Notes under the pieces: generated by a model
The model's database searches: none
What the model was told of the DNA's origin: nothing
The model's input: the letters and a program-made list of their open reading frames with translations, nothing else
In this document: piece after piece, positions 26,915 through 34,499 of the stretch
Layout: the number at the start of each line of letters is the position of its first letter
Position numbering within the stretch: position 1 is the stretch's first letter
Source: Acidobacteriota bacterium
GTDB lineage: Bacteria; Acidobacteriota; Vicinamibacteria; Vicinamibacterales; JAKQTR01
Reading direction: 5' to 3'
DNA length: 64,000 bases
Assembly: GCA_026393755.1 (NCBI GenBank)
Contig: JAPKZO010000040.1
Location: 231,968 to 295,967 of the forward strand
Position numbers and translations under genes: made by a program

Positions 26915-29806
26915 ATGGTGACAGTCAAGCGGCCGTGGTTCGTCGTGATCGCGATCGTGATGCTCGCAGCACTGGGTTTGCCGCTTGCGGGCCAGACTAC
27001 GCTTCCAGCGAAGCCTCAGGCCGCCGTTCAGGCACCGCCGGCGGCCGCCGCAACATCCGCCAGGACCGCGGCGCTCACGCAAGCGGTTCCGATCGATCCG
27101 TCAGTCACGGCGGGCCGGTTGCCGAACGGATTGCGCTACATCCTCCGTGCGAACAAGGTGCCGGCCAACCGGGCCGAACTTCGGCTTGTCGTCAACGCCG
27201 GGTCGGTTCTCGAAGACGACGACCAGCAGGGGTTGGCGCACTTCGTCGAACACATGGCGTTCAACGGCACGTCTCATTTTCCGAAGCAGCAACTCATTGA
27301 CTTCCTGCAGTCCACCGGCATGAAGTTCGGGCCGAGCATCAACGCCGGCACGAGTTTCGACGAAACCGTGTACATGCTGCAGATTCCGACGGACAAGGCG
27401 GGGCTGCTCGATCAGGCATTTCTCATCCTCGAGGACTGGGCGCACAACGTCTCGTTTGATCCGGTTGAGATCGACAAGGAGCGCGGCGTCATCATCGAGG
27501 AGTGGCGCGGCCGGCGCGGTGCCGGCGCGCGAATCCAGGACAAGCAGTTTCCGATCCTGTTCAAGAGCTCACGCTATGCCGAGCGGCTGCCGATCGGCAA
27601 GACGGAGATCCTGCAGAACTTCAAGCCCGATCGCCTGAAGAAGTTCTATGCCGATTGGTACCGCCCCGACCTGATGACGGTTATCGCCGTGGGCGATTTC
27701 GACAAGGCGGCTGTCGAAGCCACGATCCGGCAGCGCTTCGCGGCGATCCCGGCCGTGAAGACTCCCCGCGCACGAACCGCGTACGCCGTACTCGACACTC
27801 CCGGCACGCTCTATACGATCGAAACCGACAAAGAGATGACGGGAACCACCGTCGGTGTCATCAACAAGTTGCCGGCGCGGGACCACACGACGATCGGCGC
27901 GTACCGCCAGGACATTGTCGAGAACCTCGCCGAGCGCATGCTCAACGTCCGCTTTTCGGAACTGGCCCAGAAGCCGGATCCGCCGTTCGTGGGCGCAGGG
28001 GCGGGCATCGGCCCCTTCCTGCGCGGCAAGGAGGCGGCGACGCTCAATGCGATGGTGAAGGAAACCGGGATCGAACGTGGCCTGGACGCGCTGCTGACGG
28101 AGGCACAGCGGGTCGCGCGCCACGGGTTCACGCCCACCGAGTTTGATCGGCAGAAGCGTGACAGGCTGCGCGGTCTCGAGCAGCAGGCCGGCGAGAAGGA
28201 CAAGCTGCAGTCCGCGATGCTCGCCAACGAGTACACACGCCACGCGCTGGTGCAGGAGCCGATCCCGGGCATCGTGTACGAGTACGAGCTCTATCAGCGA
28301 TTCCTGCCTGAGATTACGCTCGCCGAGATCAACGCGCTCGCCACAAGATGGCTCGCCGAGTCGAACCGCATCGTCATCGTGTCTGGCCCTCAGAAGGAGG
28401 GCCTGGTCGTTCCCGACGAAGCCACGCTGGCCGCGGTGATCAAGGCCGTCGGCGTCAAGGAAGTCGCCGCCTATGTCGACACCTCCGACAACAAGCCGCT
28501 GCTTGATCCGATCCCAAGCCCGGGACGCGTCGTCAAGACCAACACCCGCGATGGCATCGGGATCACCGAGTGGGAGCTGTCGAACGGCGTCAAGGTGGCG
28601 CTCAAGCCGACCGACTTCAAGCAGGACGAAATCGTGTTCCGCGCGTTCAGCCCTGGCGGCACGTCGCTCGCCAGCGACAAGGACTACGTGGCCGCGATGA
28701 CGGCCAGCCAGGTGGTCGGATCGGGCGGGATCGGCCAGTTCAGCGCGATCGAGCTGCGCAAGGTGCTGTCGGGCAAGGTGGCGTCGGCCAATGCGTCGTT
28801 CAGCGACGTCGCGAGCATGGTGTTTGGCAGCGGGTCGAAGAAGGACCTCGAGACGATGTTCCAGCTGATCCACATGGTCTTTACGCAGCCGCGATCCGAT
28901 CCGGCCATGTTCGGGGTGATTACCTCCCAGATGAAGACCATGCTGGCCAATCGGAAGAACACGCCTGCCTACGCCTTCAGCGAGGCACTCAGCCAGATCA
29001 TGAGCCAGGGGCATTTCCGCGGACGCCCGATGAGTCCCGAACTGGTCGATGAGATGAGCCTCGAGAAGTCGATGGCGTTCTACAAGGAGCGGATGGCCGA
29101 CGCCGGCGGATTCACGTTTGTGTTCACGGGCAGCTTCGATCTCGACGCGATGAAGCCGCTCGTGGAGCGTTATCTGGCCAGCCTCCCCTCGGCCGGCCGG
29201 CACGAGACGTGGAAGGACGTCGGGATGCGCCTGCCGAAAGGCGTCAACGAGAAGACCGTCGAGAAGGGGATCGAGCCTCAGAGCCGTGTCGCCCTGATTT
29301 TCAATGGCCCGTTCCAGTACACGCAGGCCAATCGCGTGGCCATCCGCGCCGTGGCCTCGGTGCTCGACAACCGGCTGCGGGAAACGCTGCGCGAAGATCT
29401 CAGCGGCACGTATGGCGTGACGGTCAGCGCCAACTACAACCGGGTACCCGTGCCCGAATACTCGCTGTTAATCAACTTCACGTGCAGCCCGGCCCGCGTG
29501 GACGAACTGGTCAAGGCGATGCTCAAGGAGATCGACGGGCTCAAGACCGGGGGGCCGAGCGAGAAGCACACCGCCGATGTGAAAACCACGTTGCTGCGCG
29601 ACTACGAAACCAGCATGAAGCAGAACGCATACGTGATGACCCAGCTCTATGGCCGGTACGAGAGCGGCGAGGATCCGGCCGGAGTCTTCACGTTGACCGA
29701 CTTCTACAACAAGCTGGACGGGGCCACAATTCAGCAGGCAGCCAGGACGTACCTTGACACGAACAACTACGTCAAGGTCGTGCTGATGCCGGAGAAGAAG
29801 CAGTAA
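26915..29806 (+). CDS. M16 family (pitrilysin/insulinase-like) zinc peptidase, double-length, secreted
   Basis: ATG 26915 with AGGAGGA SD. Signal peptide MVTVKRPWFVVIAIVMLAALGLPLAGQ. Inverted zinc motif GLAHFVEHMAFNGT (HxxEH). Two M16 halves. The track ORF start 26438 overlaps the kinase gene. Confidence 0.92.
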   Translation: MVTVKRPWFVVIAIVMLAALGLPLAGQTTLPAKPQAAVQAPPAAAATSARTAALTQAVPIDPSVTAGRLPNGLRYILRANKVPANRAELRLVVNAGSVLEDDDQQGLAHFVEHMAFNGTSHFPKQQLIDFLQSTGMKFGPSINAGTSFDETVYMLQIPTDKAGLLDQAFLILEDWAHNVSFDPVEIDKERGVIIEEWRGRRGAGARIQDKQFPILFKSSRYAERLPIGKTEILQNFKPDRLKKFYADWYRPDLMTVIAVGDFDKAAVEATIRQRFAAIPAVKTPRARTAYAVLDTPGTLYTIETDKEMTGTTVGVINKLPARDHTTIGAYRQDIVENLAERMLNVRFSELAQKPDPPFVGAGAGIGPFLRGKEAATLNAMVKETGIERGLDALLTEAQRVARHGFTPTEFDRQKRDRLRGLEQQAGEKDKLQSAMLANEYTRHALVQEPIPGIVYEYELYQRFLPEITLAEINALATRWLAESNRIVIVSGPQKEGLVVPDEATLAAVIKAVGVKEVAAYVDTSDNKPLLDPIPSPGRVVKTNTRDGIGITEWELSNGVKVALKPTDFKQDEIVFRAFSPGGTSLASDKDYVAAMTASQVVGSGGIGQFSAIELRKVLSGKVASANASFSDVASMVFGSGSKKDLETMFQLIHMVFTQPRSDPAMFGVITSQMKTMLANRKNTPAYAFSEALSQIMSQGHFRGRPMSPELVDEMSLEKSMAFYKERMADAGGFTFVFTGSFDLDAMKPLVERYLASLPSAGRHETWKDVGMRLPKGVNEKTVEKGIEPQSRVALIFNGPFQYTQANRVAIRAVASVLDNRLRETLREDLSGTYGVTVSANYNRVPVPEYSLLINFTCSPARVDELVKAMLKEIDGLKTGGPSEKHTADVKTTLLRDYETSMKQNAYVMTQLYGRYESGEDPAGVFTLTDFYNKLDGATIQQAARTYLDTNNYVKVVLMPEKKQ

Positions 29807-29829
29807 CCGGACCCTAACCGCGACGCTAC

Positions 29830-29859
29830 CGTAGGGGCACGGCATGCCGTGCCCCTACG
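29830..29859. terminator. perfect 30-bp palindrome (type-B hairpin repeat) between convergent genes
   Basis: CGTAGGGGCACGGCATGCCGTGCCCCTACG equals its own reverse complement. Lies 24 nt after the M16 stop and 21 nt after the tricorn-like stop. Confidence 0.7.
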
Positions 29860-29879
29860 CAGCTCTTCGAGACTCCTCG

Positions 29880-32800
29880 CTACTTTTTCCCCGCCGCCAG
29901 TTCCGCCTTCAACACCTCGACCGCCTTCTCGATCTGGAGGTCGCGGCCTGCGGCGAAATCGGTCGGCGTGTTGTCGACGTACACGTCGGGCTGCACGCCA
30001 AAGTTCTCCATGTTCTCGCCGCGCGCGGTCCACACGCCGCTGCCCGGCGTGCGGATCGTCGAGCCGTCGAGCAGTGTGTACGATCCGGTCCCGATCACCG
30101 CGCCCATCGATGGCACGCCGATGACCTTGCCGAGCCCGAGGTCCTTGAAGCCCTGCGGGAACATCTCGGCATCCGAGGCCGAGCGCTCGTTCTCCATCAC
30201 GACCATCGGCCCGTAGAAGTTCTGCGGGCGCCACACCTGCATGTCCGAATCGCGGCCGACGGCATACTGATATTTGCGGCCTGCCAGGATGCCGAGCAGC
30301 TCCTGGTCGATGCCGCCGCCGCCGTTGAAGCGCTGGTCGATCACCAGCGCCTTCCTGGTACGGTTCGCCGCGAGATCGAGTTCGAACTGCCTGAGCGACG
30401 GCGCATCCATCGCCCGGATGTGCAGATACCCAATCTCGCCGTTGCTGAGCCTGCTGACCATCTCGCGGCGGTCGTCCACCCATTTCGCATACTGCAGGTT
30501 TCCGAACGCGCCGCCGCTGATCGGGTCCACCGTCAATTCCCACGCGCCGTCCTTCGCCGGCTTGCTGTTGAGCAGGAAGTGGAACTTGCGCCCCGCCGAC
30601 AGCGTGAAGTACGTCCAGTAACTGTCAGACGTCTTCAGTTCGTGGTCGTCGACCATGATCACGAAGTCGCCCTTCGTAATCTTCAGGTAATCGTGATCGG
30701 CCGGGCCCGCCTTGTAGATGTGCCCGACGCGGTAGAACCCGGAGGCGTCGGCTACGAGATCGAATCCCGGATACCGTGTCTGTGCGGGCGAGGGTGTCGC
30801 GGCGGCCGGGCCTCCGCTCACGCCGGTGTGCGAAGCGTTCAGCTCGCCGATCATCATCATCATCACCGAGTGCAGTTCTTCCTCGTCGACGAGGTACTCG
30901 AGCAGCGGCTCATAGAGGACCTTGGCCGCGTTCCAGTCGGCGCCGTGCATCCTGGCGTCGTAGAAGCGGTTCTTCATGATGCGCCAGCCCTCGTTGAACA
31001 CCTGCTTGCGCAGCGCCTTGTGGTCAATCTCGAGATTGGCGCTGAAGCTCACGCGCCGCGCCGTGGCCCCGCCGCTCGCCGCAGGCTCGGGTGCCGAGCT
31101 CGCGCCGCCGCGCCCGCCGCGGCCGCCGCCCGTCGCCGCGGCCGCCGCCCCTGCTCCACCGCCGCTCGGAACCGCCGCGGCATAGAGTCCGCGCCCGGAG
31201 CGGAAGTAGATCGTGCGGCCGTCGCGCGTGAAGGCCATGCCGCCACCGCCGCCGGAACCGCCGCCGCCACCCCGTCCGCCTCGCCCGCCCGCCGCCGGCT
31301 CTGCCGCGGGCTGCGGCACGCGCGTGGCCTGATCGGTCTCGACGTTGAGAATGTAAATGCCGGAGGATGACGCGCCTCCGCCGGCCGCACCACCCGCCGC
31401 GGGCGCCGCCGATGACGTAAACGCCACTGAATGGCCGTCAGGTGTCGGCGTCAGCCCTCCGAATGTGTCGCCCGTCGCGTTGAGCCGCCGTGCGCGACGC
31501 GCAAAGCCGTCCCAGTCGATCTTTACCTCGACCGGCGCCTGCCCCGCTGCGCCGGCTCCACCCTGCCCTGAGCCTGTCGAAGGGCGCCCTCCCCCCGCAG
31601 GTCTTGCCGCGGCTTCCGCCGCCAGGCCCTGCGCCTCGTTGTCGATATCGCGGTTGAGCGGATCCTTCTCCTGGTCGCGCAGCGCGGTGGCCCACATCTG
31701 CATCGTGTTGGGGAAGCGCCCACCCGTCGACGCGACGCCCGTGCTGACACCCGCCGACGAGGTGAACACGAGATACTTGCCGTCGGCCGTCCAGACGGCG
31801 TTGCCCTCCGAGAACAACAGGCTGTCGTCCGACACGTGCCGCTCTTCGCCGCCCGCGATGGGCGCGATGTACACGTGCGACCTCATCGTCCGATCCTGCT
31901 TCGAGAAGGCCACCCACTTGCTGTCGGGCGACACCGCCACCGACCCAATCCGGCCGACGTCGCTCGAGGTGATGACGGCCGTCTTGCCGTCGGCCACGGC
32001 GTAGCTGTACAGCTTCTTGTCGGCCGCCGTGTAGAGCAGCAACTTCGAATCGGGCGTCCACATGAGCGCGCCCTTTTCGTTGTCGAGCGTGGTGATCTGC
32101 TTGAGGCCCTTCCCTTCCGCATCACAGATCCAGATCTCGTCGCGGCCTGAACGGTCGGAGACGAACGCGAGGTACTTTCCGTCGAACGACCACTTCGGCG
32201 ACTGGCTGCGCGAGGCCATCGAGTCCGGCGCCACCCGCGTGATGTCGCCGCGGTCGGACGCGATGGTGAGGATCTGGCCGCGCGTCGAAATCACGGCGCG
32301 CCGGCCCGACGGTGACAGATCAAATCCGTCGAGTTCGTTCTCGACCGTCTCGACATCCGCCTGGTTCTCTTTCTCGTCGGCGACAATGTCGATCTTGATT
32401 TCGGTGCTGCGGCCGGAGGCCACATCCAGCTTCCAGATGCCGAAGTTCTCCTCGTAGACAATCACTTTCCCGTCGCTCGACATCGACGGCCAGAACAGGC
32501 TGCCGGACGTGTGCCTGGTGACCTGCACGGGCGCGCCGCCTGCGATGCCGACCTTGTAAATATTGTTCACGCTCTTGAGGACGTCGGGGCTGCCTGGCTT
32601 GACGGCCTTGTCGTTGGGCAGCGGATCAGCCACGAAGTAGATTTCGTCTTTCGGACCCCACATCGGCCAGTACCGGTTATAGCGTTCGCCGCCGAGCAAC
32701 GGTTTGTAGGTCTTCTGCGCCAGGTCGCCAATCCAGAGATCGGCCGCGTAACTGCCGCGATAGTGCTGGCGCGACCAGACGCCCGGATGGCGGTTGAAGA

Positions 32801-33308
32801 CGAACTGCTTGCCGTCGGGCGAGTAGTTGCCCCAGTAGCCCCAGTCGACTGGCAACGCCCGGTCGGCGCCGCCCGCAGCCGGCACCTCGTAGAGGGTCGC
32901 CACGCTTGGAAACGCGCCGTCGCCGCGGGCGGTCCGGAACACGATCCGCTGCGAATCGCGCGTCCATCCCACGACTTCTTCGTTGCCGGTGTGATACGTC
33001 AGCCGCTTGGGCGTGCCCCCGGCCGCCGGCACCACAAACACGTCGTAGTTGCCGTAGCGGTTCGACGCAAAGGCAATCCACTTTCCGTCGGGCGAGAAGC
33101 GAGGGTACACGTCGCGTCCCGTGTTATCGGTCACCCGTACGACATTCGATCCATCCTCGTTTGCGACCCAGATATCGCCGAGGTAGCTGAAGGCAATCTT
33201 GCCCGCGTGATAGTCGGGATGACGGGCCAGACGGACGGGCGCCGCCGCGGCCACGCCAACCACGATGAACGAAACCAGTACGCCGAGGATCGTGACTCTT
33301 CGCATCAT
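29880..33308 (-). CDS. tricorn protease homologue (S41 family; TolB-like propellers, PDZ, C-terminal peptidase domain)
   Basis: PDYHAGKIAFSYLGDIWV..FSPDGKWIAFASNRYGNYDVFVV N-terminus is typical of tricorn. C-terminal S41 core (LVIDQRFNGGG..ENERSASDAEMF). Start ATG 33308 has GAGG 7 nt upstream. Contains Gly/Ala/Arg low-complexity inserts. Confidence 0.9.
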   Translation of the reverse strand: MMRRVTILGVLVSFIVVGVAAAAPVRLARHPDYHAGKIAFSYLGDIWVANEDGSNVVRVTDNTGRDVYPRFSPDGKWIAFASNRYGNYDVFVVPAAGGTPKRLTYHTGNEEVVGWTRDSQRIVFRTARGDGAFPSVATLYEVPAAGGADRALPVDWGYWGNYSPDGKQFVFNRHPGVWSRQHYRGSYAADLWIGDLAQKTYKPLLGGERYNRYWPMWGPKDEIYFVADPLPNDKAVKPGSPDVLKSVNNIYKVGIAGGAPVQVTRHTSGSLFWPSMSSDGKVIVYEENFGIWKLDVASGRSTEIKIDIVADEKENQADVETVENELDGFDLSPSGRRAVISTRGQILTIASDRGDITRVAPDSMASRSQSPKWSFDGKYLAFVSDRSGRDEIWICDAEGKGLKQITTLDNEKGALMWTPDSKLLLYTAADKKLYSYAVADGKTAVITSSDVGRIGSVAVSPDSKWVAFSKQDRTMRSHVYIAPIAGGEERHVSDDSLLFSEGNAVWTADGKYLVFTSSAGVSTGVASTGGRFPNTMQMWATALRDQEKDPLNRDIDNEAQGLAAEAAARPAGGGRPSTGSGQGGAGAAGQAPVEVKIDWDGFARRARRLNATGDTFGGLTPTPDGHSVAFTSSAAPAAGGAAGGGASSSGIYILNVETDQATRVPQPAAEPAAGGRGGRGGGGGSGGGGGMAFTRDGRTIYFRSGRGLYAAAVPSGGGAGAAAAATGGGRGGRGGASSAPEPAASGGATARRVSFSANLEIDHKALRKQVFNEGWRIMKNRFYDARMHGADWNAAKVLYEPLLEYLVDEEELHSVMMMMIGELNASHTGVSGGPAAATPSPAQTRYPGFDLVADASGFYRVGHIYKAGPADHDYLKITKGDFVIMVDDHELKTSDSYWTYFTLSAGRKFHFLLNSKPAKDGAWELTVDPISGGAFGNLQYAKWVDDRREMVSRLSNGEIGYLHIRAMDAPSLRQFELDLAANRTRKALVIDQRFNGGGGIDQELLGILAGRKYQYAVGRDSDMQVWRPQNFYGPMVVMENERSASDAEMFPQGFKDLGLGKVIGVPSMGAVIGTGSYTLLDGSTIRTPGSGVWTARGENMENFGVQPDVYVDNTPTDFAAGRDLQIEKAVEVLKAELAAGKK

Positions 33309-33553
33309 CTTCACACCTCAAATGTCGCCGTCCGCAATCACCCGCGATCGCTCTCAACTTCGGCGTGCCAATGCCACCTTCGCCGGGCTTCCGCGCTCCC
33401 GCGGAACGAATCGGAAACCGGGCAGGATGCTACGCCCCTGGCTGGAAGGCGTCAAGCAAGCAAGGCTGGGGCCAGCCGTTTCGGAACCGAGGTGTTGCCG
33501 AGGCCGCGACGGGCGGTCGGTACAGACGACTGGCGCGTGCCGCGGCGGCCCCC

Positions 33554-33582
33554 TTGAACGCCCCAGTGCGCGGGCGTATACT
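33554..33582 (+). promoter_or_regulatory. sigma70-type promoter candidate TTGAAC-N17-TATACT
   Basis: -35 at 33554-33559, -10 at 33577-33582, exact 17-nt spacer. 21 nt upstream of ATG 33604. Confidence 0.5.
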
Positions 33583-33603
33583 CGGGCCAAGAAGGTGGCG
33601 TCC

Positions 33604-34428
33604 ATGATGGGAGGACTGCTGTCGGCGTGCAGCCTCGCGGTCGTACTCGCGCTGCCGGGATCCGCAGGCGCGGGCGAGGTTCATCTCACCATTCAGAACG
33701 GCCGGGTGGCTTTGTCCGCGCGCGACGTCACGCTCCGCCAGGTACTTCTTGAATGGGAACGCGTGGGTGACACGCGCGTCGTGATTCGCGAGGGCGTTCC
33801 TGACACGCCGCTAACCCTTGAACTCGTCGACGTACCCGAGGAGCAGGCGTTGCGGACGCTGCTGCGGTCAACCCCGGGGTACGTGGCGGCGAAACGTCTC
33901 GAGCGAACCAGCGGCGGCTCGATGTACAGGCTCATCATCCTCATCGCGGCCACCGCGAGTCGTGTCGCGCCGTCGCAGACGGCACAGGGCGCAGAGCAAC
34001 TGTCGGCGCCCGTGCCTCTCACCGGACAAGGGCAGCAACGGATCGATCGGCAAATCATGCCGGACGGGCGAGTGATCGCTCTCCAGGAGAATCCGGGTCG
34101 CCCGAGCGAGATGCTCGCCGTGACCGATGACGAGCCGCCTCTCCAATCGCTTCCAGGCAATTTCCCCGTCATGGTGTTCGCGCCGGGCCAAATGCCGCAG
34201 TCTTCGCTTCAGGGCCAAGGCTCGGCCGATCTGCTGACGCCTGACTTGCAGCGGGGCCAGGGTCCGGGGAGCCAGATACCACCGACAACGCGAACGGCAC
34301 CGACTGCCGTGAAGTCTGCCCCAAGGCCGGGCATGGTCATCCCGGAGCCGCCAACTCCCTACGTCCCGGGAGGGGGCGCGCCACCGCCGCTCCCGCCGCA
34401 GCCACCGATCAAGCCCCCGGGGGTCTGA
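33604..34428 (+). CDS. hypothetical secreted protein, STN-like N-terminal domain and Pro/Gln-rich tail
   Basis: Signal peptide MMGGLLSACSLAVVLALPGSAGA. VTLRQVLLEWERVGDTRVVI..EEQALRTLLRSTPGYV resembles secretin/TonB N-terminal (STN) folds. The C-terminal half is low complexity (PPPLPPQPPIKPPG). Confidence 0.6.
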   Translation: MMGGLLSACSLAVVLALPGSAGAGEVHLTIQNGRVALSARDVTLRQVLLEWERVGDTRVVIREGVPDTPLTLELVDVPEEQALRTLLRSTPGYVAAKRLERTSGGSMYRLIILIAATASRVAPSQTAQGAEQLSAPVPLTGQGQQRIDRQIMPDGRVIALQENPGRPSEMLAVTDDEPPLQSLPGNFPVMVFAPGQMPQSSLQGQGSADLLTPDLQRGQGPGSQIPPTTRTAPTAVKSAPRPGMVIPEPPTPYVPGGGAPPPLPPQPPIKPPGV

Positions 34429-34499
34429 GATTACGACGGACTCGCCAGTCGGGGACCCGATCTTCGACCAGTAGTGCTGCCATTGCCGCCGCAGTTGCG

